A stretch of 64,000 nt of DNA. Origin: a virus. Taxonomy: Duplodnaviria; Heunggongvirae; Uroviricota; Caudoviricetes. Below, in pieces: positions 47,113-54,891 of the stretch (the stretch's first letter is position 1; the number at the start of each line of letters is the position of its first letter). The notes under the pieces are model-generated. The model had not been told where the DNA came from, ran no database searches, and worked only from the letters and a program-made list of their open reading frames with translations. The DNA lies in IMG/VR virus record IMGVR_UViG_2579778660_000001. One strand, written 5' to 3'. The position numbers and the translations under genes are program-made.

Positions 47113-47417
47113 TTTGTTTTCTCCTGTCTGAACATCACTATCATCAGGTCGCCTTTTGTCGCTATCCTCGCTGTTGTGCCTGGTTCAATGCTGCCAAGTT
47201 CAAATGCGTCATAGAACGCTTCTAATGCCTTCTGGCGTAGTTCCTGTTTGCGCCGTTTTTTCCACTGTTTCAGGAAAATGGAACCCAGCCATCGCCATGT
47301 ACGGGACATGATGAAAAACCAACCGAGAAGTGCCAGACCGGTATTCAGGAGCGTATCGATCGTTATTGTCGTGTCGATATTCACTGGCTGCTTCCGTTGC
47401 GAATCTGTTCCGCCCAT
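47109..47417 (-). CDS. small membrane protein, 102 aa
   Basis: Hydrophobic helix; overlaps neighbours. Confidence 0.35.
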   Translation of the reverse strand: MGGTDSQRKQPVNIDTTITIDTLLNTGLALLGWFFIMSRTWRWLGSIFLKQWKKRRKQELRQKALEAFYDAFELGSIEPGTTARIATKGDLMIVMFRQEKTK

Positions 47418-48313
47418 TCTTCAAGGGATTTCTCCGCATATTCACCGGACAGGCCATCAAGCGGATGCGGTTCATTAGCCAACTCTTCTTTCGCTGACAA
47501 AATCATGCGTGTAACGTCGAAAACTTCACGCAAAGACTTATTGATAAATCCGTGATTGAACGCAGCAGCAAGACGGCTTGCGGTGTAGTTAATCCCCTCG
47601 TTGCGTGCCTCCGCACGTACTTCAGCCAGGAAAGCGTCGGTTGCTGGGGTGTCGATATTAGGCAGAAGCGCATAATCGCAAATCGTATCGATCGCAGGAT
47701 CACAACAGTCATCCTCGTTGCGTGGTCGTTCGCCAACCTTCGTTGACGATTGCATGATGATTCCCCAGCAAATACTATCGACCTCTTCGCTCCATCCATC
47801 GCAAGCATCACCGCGATAGTCGTCGATTGCAGCCTCAGCCGATTCGATAGCTTCCTCAGCAGTTTTGTGCCATTCGAAATTATGCTCAGAGCCATATGAG
47901 AAATATGAATGTCCCGCCTTCAGCCCCGCATTCTCCGCCGCCAGCGCCGCGCAATTACCCTCCAGCTCTGCAATGCGCTGTTTTGCGGCATCAAGTTCAA
48001 TCGATAATTTTTCCAACTGCTCTTTATGCTTCTTGTATTCCTGATATGCGTGCCAGGACTGACCTTTGCGCACACTATCAGTAATATCAGTAATCTGTTC
48101 TGGTGTTAGCGTGGTCAGTGGCTGTGCTGGGAAAATCAGCACTTTCCCGGAATCCCAATCAAAACCAGCGTGAATTGACTGAACCTCAACTGAAGGTGTT
48201 GAACCAATGCTGCCAGGCGAATGAACAACGATCGTTACATCCATATCGCGACGATGGCTGTGGTTGTTGGACAAAATACGATTCACCAACTCAGAAAATT
48301 TGGAAAATTTCAT
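47381..48313 (-). CDS. Ea22-like protein, about 310 aa
   Basis: Start re-assigned to MKFSKFS (ATGA overlap with the upstream stop); C-terminal domain paralogous to 49117-49626 (TPATD.FL.EV..EAR.EG...). Confidence 0.5.
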   Translation of the reverse strand: MKFSKFSELVNRILSNNHSHRRDMDVTIVVHSPGSIGSTPSVEVQSIHAGFDWDSGKVLIFPAQPLTTLTPEQITDITDSVRKGQSWHAYQEYKKHKEQLEKLSIELDAAKQRIAELEGNCAALAAENAGLKAGHSYFSYGSEHNFEWHKTAEEAIESAEAAIDDYRGDACDGWSEEVDSICWGIIMQSSTKVGERPRNEDDCCDPAIDTICDYALLPNIDTPATDAFLAEVRAEARNEGINYTASRLAAAFNHGFINKSLREVFDVTRMILSAKEELANEPHPLDGLSGEYAEKSLEEWAEQIRNGSSQ

Positions 48314-48633
48314 GCTGATTCCCTTTGATCTTCCTGGATAATGTTGTTGCAATCTTTCACGCACTCGTTGCAGATGAAAGCGTTGTCCCCAGCAATTAAC
48401 TTTTTAACGGTGTGCTGGGATTTGTTGCAGAAGCTGCAATAAAGCGTTGGACTGGCTGATACGGATGGTGCGCCAGATGTCAGCCGCGCGATGTCGTTCT
48501 TGCGACGCAATATCACACGGCTGCACTCAACCAGCATCTCCGGGGATATACCCTCCTCCGTGGCGAGCGCCTCCAGACGTTCGAGCAAGCGAAATACTTT
48601 TTCCTGGGTGATTGCATAATGCGATGTGGTCAT
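48310..48633 (-). CDS. small protein with ClpX-type N-terminal zinc-binding domain (C4 zinc finger), 107 aa
   Basis: [27 protein letters not shown] parallels the ClpX ZBD [27 protein letters not shown] (recalled); start re-assigned to MTTSHY (RBS from the upstream IKGE codons). Confidence 0.55.
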   Translation of the reverse strand: MTTSHYAITQEKVFRLLERLEALATEEGISPEMLVECSRVILRRKNDIARLTSGAPSVSASPTLYCSFCNKSQHTVKKLIAGDNAFICNECVKDCNNIIQEDQRESA

Positions 48634-48634
48634 C

Positions 48635-49120
48635 TCACTCTCCTTTGATGCGAATGCCTGTTGCAATGCTGTTTATGATGCTGTCAGTGCATGGGGTAGA
48701 AAGCTGGGCATCTCCAGCAATTTTCATGACATCAACATCTGCATATCGAATACCGAGGTGTATCAGACCGGCTATACCTGACTTAAGCCGAGCATTTTCC
48801 ATAAACAGATCCTTTGCCCGCTGTTTTTCTGCCTCAAGCTCAACGCGCAACTTCCCTACCGTTAGCGCAATATCCTCGTTCTCCTGGTCGCGGCGTTTGA
48901 TGTACTGCTGGTTTCTTTCCCGTTCATCCAGTAGTGCCAGCACGGTTTCTGGTCCGGCCAGAAATTTGAAGGCGTTGAGCGCATCAATATCCACACCGTA
49001 ATCTTTAAGTTCCTGTTCACTTAACAAATCATCATCAGCTGGCAACATTAACAGGCGTTCCATTGCTGGAATTGCACGTTCCGCCGCCTCACGCAGTGCC
49101 TGATAATCAATCTTGCTCAT
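48635..49120 (-). CDS. Ead/Ea22-like coiled-coil protein, 161 aa, ending ...GIRIKGE
   Basis: Paralogue of 43611-44513. Confidence 0.45.
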   Translation of the reverse strand: MSKIDYQALREAAERAIPAMERLLMLPADDDLLSEQELKDYGVDIDALNAFKFLAGPETVLALLDERERNQQYIKRRDQENEDIALTVGKLRVELEAEKQRAKDLFMENARLKSGIAGLIHLGIRYADVDVMKIAGDAQLSTPCTDSIINSIATGIRIKGE

Positions 49121-49626
49121 TGGATGACTCCTTTACGAAGCTGTTCGGCGATATCTTCGAGAACGCCATCAGAGAATGAGCGGTCAAAATCGCCTTCCGG
49201 CGCATTAGCCATAAACTCAGTAGAGGTAAGAATCATCCGGGCAATATCCGCGGCGTTCTTCGCAGTATCATCAATAAAACCAGCTACCCAGGCAGCCAGC
49301 ATTCTGTTCGCCACAAAGTAAGCGCCCTCCTTGCGTGCTTCAGTCTTCACTTCATCCAGGAAAGTGTCGGTCGCAGGAGTAGTTTTTTGTGGTGATAGGG
49401 CGATACGAATTGTTTCAAGAGCTGGATCTATTTCCACTGTTGGCACCTTGATAAAACCAAGCTGCACGCCATTCATAATGAACGTGCGGCGATCCTCACA
49501 TATCGCCTTCAGTCTCGCATTCTCCGCAGCCAGCGCCGCGCGCTCTTTCTCAAGTCGGGAAATTTCCGTTACATACTCAGCGTTACGCTCTGCCAGTTGT
49601 GCGGGCGTTAAACCTTCAGACTTCAT
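49117..49626 (-). CDS. Ea22-like C-terminal-domain protein, 169 aa
   Basis: Paralogue of the C-terminus of 47381-48313. Confidence 0.45.
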   Translation of the reverse strand: MKSEGLTPAQLAERNAEYVTEISRLEKERAALAAENARLKAICEDRRTFIMNGVQLGFIKVPTVEIDPALETIRIALSPQKTTPATDTFLDEVKTEARKEGAYFVANRMLAAWVAGFIDDTAKNAADIARMILTSTEFMANAPEGDFDRSFSDGVLEDIAEQLRKGVIQ

Positions 49627-49933
49627 ACACTCTCCTTTCGAAATAAACGTACTGATTAATCATGCCCAGGGGCATTTCGAGTTTTTCTGCGATCTCACGG
49701 CGGGGAACACCACACCGATGAAGCTGCCGTGCCAGTTCTATATCGCCCTGCCGGTATTTGGCTGACGGGTGAAAGTCTCCTTTCAGAATCATGCAGATCC
49801 GCAGTTGCCGCGCTTTGGTTCTGACAGCACTACCGGTACGCCCGATCAGCCTCCCAATACTCTCGACTGTCATAGTCCCGGCGCACTGGCGGAGTATCAT
49901 GATTTCTGCCCTTCCCCATCCCCGCCAGCTCAC
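49616..49933 (-). CDS. small helix-turn-helix regulator
   Basis: HTH-like segment TVESIGRLIGRTGSAVRTKARQL; start may be internal (MILRQC). Confidence 0.4.
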   Translation of the reverse strand: MSWRGWGRAEIMILRQCAGTMTVESIGRLIGRTGSAVRTKARQLRICMILKGDFHPSAKYRQGDIELARQLHRCGVPRREIAEKLEMPLGMINQYVYFERRVYEV

Positions 49934-50541
49934 ACAGAACTCCTTCTAACCAAAAGAACGCCATCTTCAGAAACAACGTTGCAGGACTTCAGGTAATTCA
50001 TTGCCTCTTTCGGTAATGGATTCTTTGGATCGGCGTTTGCCAGGGATTTCGATAACCTCATGATAAATTTGATCATTACCTTCTGGCGGAGCTTGTGCTC
50101 ATGAGATAAAGACAGGTAATAGGAAATGGTATGGGCTAAACGCTCACGAAGCTGTTCTGTGCCGTGATATACAGCAGCGATATCACGCAGTGCATTGACC
50201 AGTTCCCGGTAAATATGCGGAGCAACCTGGCATTCAATGTTGGTTGGTGACTCATAAATTACATTCAGCCCCAGCTTTTTAGCCAGCTCGTGCTCTGCAC
50301 GAGCGCCAACTGATTCCTCCCACCCCTTGAGCAAATAGACCGCATTAGCCGAACGCACCATTGCAAGGCAAATATCCATGTATTCGCTCTGGCAGAGGCC
50401 AGCAGGTAACAGCGCCGGATTCATAACAATATGCCCTACCTCCATCAGCTCTTTTGCTTTCGAAAAAAACGCTGTGCGGTTGTAGTCGGGATAACCAGTC
50501 ATCGGACCCGCGATGTAAATTTTCATAATGCGTTTTGACAT
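49930..50541 (-). CDS. DUF4406-like protein (nucleoside 2-deoxyribosyltransferase-like fold), about 203 aa
   Basis: N-terminal KIYIAGPMTGYPDYN...VMNPA; start re-assigned to MSKRIMKIY (TGATG coupling to an upstream 51-aa peptide gene). Confidence 0.5.
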   Translation of the reverse strand: MSKRIMKIYIAGPMTGYPDYNRTAFFSKAKELMEVGHIVMNPALLPAGLCQSEYMDICLAMVRSANAVYLLKGWEESVGARAEHELAKKLGLNVIYESPTNIECQVAPHIYRELVNALRDIAAVYHGTEQLRERLAHTISYYLSLSHEHKLRQKVMIKFIMRLSKSLANADPKNPLPKEAMNYLKSCNVVSEDGVLLVRRSSV

Positions 50542-50696
50542 CAAAGTTTCCCCAGGAACGTTACGCAAAAGTTGATGAGAGCAAAGAGTTCAATGCCCAG
50601 CTCAAACAACGCCAGGACAGTGAAAAACAGGACATATAGCAACCCAATTTCTGTATCGGATTGCTGGTGGATTGCACTAATTGCGACAAGCATCAT
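50541..50696 (-). CDS. possible 51-aa hydrophobic leader peptide (first gene of the leftward early operon)
   Basis: AGGAGG RBS; ORF MMLVAISAIHQQSDTEIGLLYVLFFTVLALFELGIELFALINFCVTFLGKL; below the track size threshold. Confidence 0.3.
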   Translation of the reverse strand: MMLVAISAIHQQSDTEIGLLYVLFFTVLALFELGIELFALINFCVTFLGKL

Positions 50697-50735
50697 GACC
50701 TCCTGATATAGCGTCTGAAAAAAGTATCTTCATTT

Positions 50736-50768
50736 TGTGTTAGAAAATCAATTTTGATTTTCTAACAT
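50736..50768. promoter_or_regulatory. palindromic double operator (GTTAGAAAATCAA-tt-TTGATTTTCTAAC) in the divergent promoter region between ref and the leftward early operon
   Basis: Perfect 13-bp inverted arms; P1 ref is known to be repressor-controlled. Confidence 0.65.
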
Positions 50769-50812
50769 GTTTGATCAACCATAGCGGCTATGTAGACAAA
50801 CCGGGTATTTCT

Positions 50813-51388
50813 ATGAAGCAAAGCTATTGGGAGAAACAGACACAAAAAGCCCTGCAAAAACTGGCTGATCCGAAATGGCGGGAGGAACAAAGGGCAAAGC
50901 GTCTTCAGCAAGCTCAACGCCAGCAGCAGCGTGCGCGAGAAAAAGCCGCATCGCCTGAATATCGGCAAAAGAAAATTGAAAAAGCGAAGCAATATGAACA
51001 GCGAAGAAAAGAGAAGGCCGCTTCTGCTCCTGTCAAAAAAACTCGCGCGTCACGCGGCCTGAAAGGCAGAACACTCACAGCAGATGAGCGCCGGATACAA
51101 ACTGCCATCGGTGCTCTCCCCTGCATTGCCTGCCATATGCACGGACAGCATAGCCCTGTGGTATCCCTGCACCACATCTTCGGAAGAACAGCAGAGAACG
51201 CGCATAAATACGTCCTCCCTTTGTGTAAATGGCACCATCAACACGCAGCGCCAGCAGAGATCCGCGAGCAATACCCCTGGTTGGTTCCTGTTCATGCTGA
51301 TGGAAAAATAGGCGGTAAAGCAGATTTCAGGCGGCACAATGCTGATGAAATGACGTTGTATCAGATGGCGATTGAATTGACGAATTAG
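50813..51388 (+). CDS. ref: Ref (recombination enhancement function; HNH-type RecA-dependent nuclease)
   Basis: Basic N-terminal tail with ADPKWREEQ and C-terminal HNH-like Cys/His core CIACHMHGQH...HHIFGR...LCKWHH; alternative TTG start at 50771. Confidence 0.65.
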   Translation: MKQSYWEKQTQKALQKLADPKWREEQRAKRLQQAQRQQQRAREKAASPEYRQKKIEKAKQYEQRRKEKAASAPVKKTRASRGLKGRTLTADERRIQTAIGALPCIACHMHGQHSPVVSLHHIFGRTAENAHKYVLPLCKWHHQHAAPAEIREQYPWLVPVHADGKIGGKADFRRHNADEMTLYQMAIELTN

Positions 51389-51399
51389 TTTTCTAACAT
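51383..51399 (-). promoter_or_regulatory. operator-like site ATGTTAGAAAACTAATT (exact consensus copy)
   Basis: Immediately after the ref stop. Confidence 0.5.
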
Positions 51400-51719
51400 T
51401 TTAAGTTGAATTATAAATTTCTCCGATGTACATTCACTACCGATTGGCACACCGGTCAACTTTTTGAGACAAACTGTATAGTTTTTCGTATTATTGCCGC
51501 CGCCATACCTATGGCGGTGCAATATAGGTGGCTGAAAAGCCCCCGTTGACTCACGGTGTTCCAGCCTTTATTGCGCCGCCACCAGACCGTGGAACAGTCG
51601 ATGGCGGCTCCGAAAGCAAGGAGTCACTACACTATGAACAGCTACTGTCTTTTCCCGTCACTCGTTGTCCGCCACTCACGCGATAATCTGCATTCTTTAC
51701 TCGCGCTGGGGGTGTCAAA

Positions 51720-51887
51720 ATGACCGTTCGCTACCTCAACTTTCAAATCCAGAACATCACTGGCGGTTGCTATGACTGGTTTGTCACTCTCGGAAAAGAA
51801 GTGATCACCGGGAAGCTGGATGAAGTGAAAGCTAAAGCAATGGCCTACGCCTGCAAGCAAGCCCGGAAGAAATCCGCCAAAGCATAA
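51720..51887 (+). CDS. possible small protein, 55 aa, translationally coupled to a 29-aa upstream leader ORF (51634-51722)
   Basis: AAGGAG RBS before the leader ATG; ATGA overlap between leader and 55-aa ORF; not in the track. Confidence 0.3.
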   Translation: MTVRYLNFQIQNITGGCYDWFVTLGKEVITGKLDEVKAKAMAYACKQARKKSAKA

Positions 51888-51992
51888 AATACTGACTTTT
51901 GCGCCCTGGCATTATCGTGGGGTATATTTCTACGGCACCTTAGAAAAACGGGTGCCGGGATTGGAACCTCACGCGGTAGCTCCTTAACTTAG

Positions 51993-52190
51993 TCAAAGGA
52001 GGCTGCCAATATCGCTACTATCCCCACCCCAACTCATTCTGAATTTATCTGGCGTTTCTATTCCTGCCAAAAACACCTGTATATCTGCGTCATGGCTGCA
52101 ACCGAAGCAGAAGCTCGTTCATACCTTCCCCTGGCGGAACGGGGCGTAATTGGTGATAAACAGATACTGGGAAACAGTGGAACTACATGA
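51993..52190 (+). pseudogene. Icd-like paralogue lacking a canonical start codon
   Basis: Translation SEFIWRFYSCQKH...AATEAEARS parallels 12799-13023; AAGGAGG RBS is followed by an ATC codon, and the first in-frame ATG is at 52092. Confidence 0.3.
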
Positions 52191-52274
52191 GGCGGGAGTA
52201 ATTCGTGACCTGATGGAGAATTCCGTTCCCCGCCGCTATCGTGCAGGGAACGGCATCTCCGTGGTTAAAGGTGT

Positions 52275-52667
52275 TTAAAGCTCACCTGCGCGCTGTTTTT
52301 CAAGCACAGATTTAACATTTGGCGCTTTCCCTTTAAAAGAATGGAAAGTGCCACATTTTTCTGTTTTAACCTCGCGCAGAGCTTCGCCGTCGGCGTTCTG
52401 CCATTGATGGGATAATGTCATATCACCGCGAGAAGGAACATCCAGCGAGTACAGCGTGTAAGTTCCCCCCATCTCCGCATACTCCTGGAACACATAGCTC
52501 ATTACGTCAGATTCAGTTTTTCGGTGTGCGTTATCAACCTTATTCCCATTCAGAAATATGGCATCTGGATAGATTTTTATATCAAACCGACCGCACTTAA
52601 CTTGTAAATCTCCGGCGCTCGCGATCAAAGGGAAAGACGCCAGTAAAGCAATAGCCAATCTTTTCAA
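52275..52667 (-). CDS. secreted protein with signal peptide, 130 aa
   Basis: N-terminal MKRLAIALLASFPLIASA signal peptide. Confidence 0.5.
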   Translation of the reverse strand: MKRLAIALLASFPLIASAGDLQVKCGRFDIKIYPDAIFLNGNKVDNAHRKTESDVMSYVFQEYAEMGGTYTLYSLDVPSRGDMTLSHQWQNADGEALREVKTEKCGTFHSFKGKAPNVKSVLEKQRAGEL

Positions 52668-52687
52668 TTCTGCCTCCGCTGCGTAAC

Positions 52688-53311
52688 TTATTGCCCGTAT
52701 TTTTTACACCATTGCTCTGCCATTTGTTTGGCTAAAGGCCCGGCTACTGCACTGTATTCTGCTGTTTTACTTTGCACACATGAAGCAGATGGTTTTTTAT
52801 TTCGCTGCTCGGTTAGTTTGCGCTCATAAGCCATCATGCTATCGAACCCGGCAATATCACTTTGGCGAAGCATTCCCTTTTTAACCAAAAATTGCTGCCC
52901 CTCTGGCACCAACGCAAGCATAAAAAGAGGTTGCAATAACTCACCTAATCCTTGCTGGCGATACACTTCGAATTGCTGCCATCCCTGACTTAATCTGGAA
53001 AGAGTATCTTTGGTTGAATAACCTGTTTTTGTTATAGCTTTGTCCGTCAGATATGCTGTATATGCAAAAACGCAAAAGTCAGTTTTACCAATAAACTGAG
53101 TTCCAACAGGCCGTAATGGAATGCCCTCCCTCTTGCAAAAGTCCATAATGGCCGCTTGTGAATGAACTCCACCAGCGTTATTCATAACCTGCTGCCCTGC
53201 CCTGAATTGTGCAGGTAACGCAGTTGCATTGGCAGTATTAGCAGATACGCATCCCAACATAGCCGCGAGCGCGGCCCCTAAAGCCCTTAACTTCACTACA
53301 CCATCCTTCAT
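52688..53311 (-). CDS. secreted or periplasmic protein with signal peptide, 207 aa
   Basis: Signal-peptide-like N-terminus; several Cys residues. Confidence 0.5.
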   Translation of the reverse strand: MKDGVVKLRALGAALAAMLGCVSANTANATALPAQFRAGQQVMNNAGGVHSQAAIMDFCKREGIPLRPVGTQFIGKTDFCVFAYTAYLTDKAITKTGYSTKDTLSRLSQGWQQFEVYRQQGLGELLQPLFMLALVPEGQQFLVKKGMLRQSDIAGFDSMMAYERKLTEQRNKKPSASCVQSKTAEYSAVAGPLAKQMAEQWCKKYGQ

Positions 53312-53527
53312 GCAAACAAAATGAAGTTTTATGTTATAAAAACAATTAACTACATAAACATGATTTAGGCCAAATTTCGGTTAAAAAATAAAATCCACCA
53401 AAAGTGGTTGACACTATTTTGGAAATCACAAACTGCACATAATCCATCGCGCTAACGGCTCCCGTTGAAGGTTCTTTTGACGATTAACTTTCAGCCGAAG
53501 CGCGGTAGGGAGTCATAACGCCAAAGC

Positions 53528-53553
53528 AGGCCGCCATGTGCGGCCTTTTTTTG
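53528..53553 (+). terminator. intrinsic terminator / possible attenuator (aggccgc-catgt-gcggcct + T7) immediately 5' of an RBS
   Basis: Strong hairpin and T run 20 nt before the GGAGG RBS of the gene at 53580. Confidence 0.55.
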
Positions 53554-53579
53554 TATCCGTCATCCGTGGAGGAAGGACA

Positions 53580-54233
53580 ATGGAAAAGATCGCAATATTC
53601 AGCCTGACCACCAGCAAGCCTCAAATGCTCACTGCAATACTGAAAGACGGTGCTCTCATTATTAACGAAGTAAAACCCCTTCCCGCGTCAGCATTGGAGC
53701 AAAAGCAAAAAATTCCTCCAGCTATAGCAGCCCTGCGGAAAAGCAAATTTAAGGTACTGGTAGACGAAATTACGCCAACGATCTCCGCTGGCACCGGAGC
53801 AAGCCAGGTGACTCTCAAGACCCGTCATGCCGATGGCAGAGCAGCAATCATCGTCGGGATGGAAAGATACAGAGAGTTAAAACTCCAGAAGCTATTATCC
53901 CTGCCGCAAAATAACAAAGGTGCTTTCGAAATCCCTGACTCCATCGTTGACACCGAATACAACGGTAACGGAGAAGAAGTCTACCGGGTGAACTGGCAGG
54001 ATATCAGGCCGGAGCATATTTTGATGATCCTGTGTTGCTACGCGACCGTATACCACAATGTAGCCAGTGCGGATTACGTAGAGCAGATGACCGGTACAGT
54101 CGAGAAAGAGCAAAAAACAGGCATACTCGCTTCGTTCCTGTCCATTATTGGGCATGAAAAAGTTAAAGCAGGCACCTCCCAGCCAAAGGCACTGACTGGG
54201 AAAGAAGTTGATGAAGATACCGTGATACTTTGA
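53580..54233 (+). CDS. hypothetical protein, 217 aa
   Basis: GGAGGAAGG RBS with ATG at 53580 (track start is further upstream). Confidence 0.5.
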   Translation: MEKIAIFSLTTSKPQMLTAILKDGALIINEVKPLPASALEQKQKIPPAIAALRKSKFKVLVDEITPTISAGTGASQVTLKTRHADGRAAIIVGMERYRELKLQKLLSLPQNNKGAFEIPDSIVDTEYNGNGEEVYRVNWQDIRPEHILMILCCYATVYHNVASADYVEQMTGTVEKEQKTGILASFLSIIGHEKVKAGTSQPKALTGKEVDEDTVIL

Positions 54234-54236
54234 TCA

Positions 54237-54368
54237 CATTAGTAGCTTTGTTAACTCCCTCAATACCAGGTAGAAGAGTAACAAAAATATTGACGCCAGT
54301 ATTTGCGTGGTCAATGAAGCGTTCATAAACAGATCAATTAGCATTAATAATTCGAAGATAACATCCAT
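54237..54368 (-). CDS. possible 44-aa hydrophobic peptide (type-I-toxin-like or holin-like)
   Basis: ORF MDVIFELLMLIDLFMNASLTTQILASIFLLLFYLVLRELTKLLM with GGAG 9 nt upstream; convergent on the previous gene; not in the track. Confidence 0.25.
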
Positions 54369-54561
54369 GTCATTCACTCCGTTTAATTTTTAATCTAATG
54401 CCAGCAAATGAAGCTGGCCCCCGCATAAAGATTAATGAAAGTCACTTGTCACCAGTGAGGGGATTTATGAACCACATCCCCCTGAACTGGTGTCCTGTCT
54501 GTTTCTCGCATTTCACACCCTGCATACAGTTTCCCCCAGGTTATGACTGAGAGGCTTTGTT

Positions 54562-54891
54562 ATGGGCTATAGCAGACTCGACGATAGGTACATTGAAGAC
54601 GATATTTTTCGTGCGCTGTTTCACCAGGAAATGATTAAGCGGGTATCGGAGTATCACTCTGATAATTTCCAGTACACGATAAAGATTGATGAAGTATATC
54701 GTTCAGACCTTGCAGCCTACAGGGCGTATGGCAATGCAGATTTGCGCTGGGTATTCCGGGTGCTGGTGGGCCATGAGTCAGAAATGGAAGAAATGCCCGC
54801 CGGGACCACGTTAACTCTTCCTGATGTGGCATGGCTGAGGAACAAGATCCGTGATTACGCGAGCGCGGAACCGGAGATAGAAAATGCCTGA
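54562..54891 (+). CDS. hypothetical protein, 109 aa
   Basis: Overlaps the downstream start (ATGCCTGA). Confidence 0.45.
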   Translation: MGYSRLDDRYIEDDIFRALFHQEMIKRVSEYHSDNFQYTIKIDEVYRSDLAAYRAYGNADLRWVFRVLVGHESEMEEMPAGTTLTLPDVAWLRNKIRDYASAEPEIENA

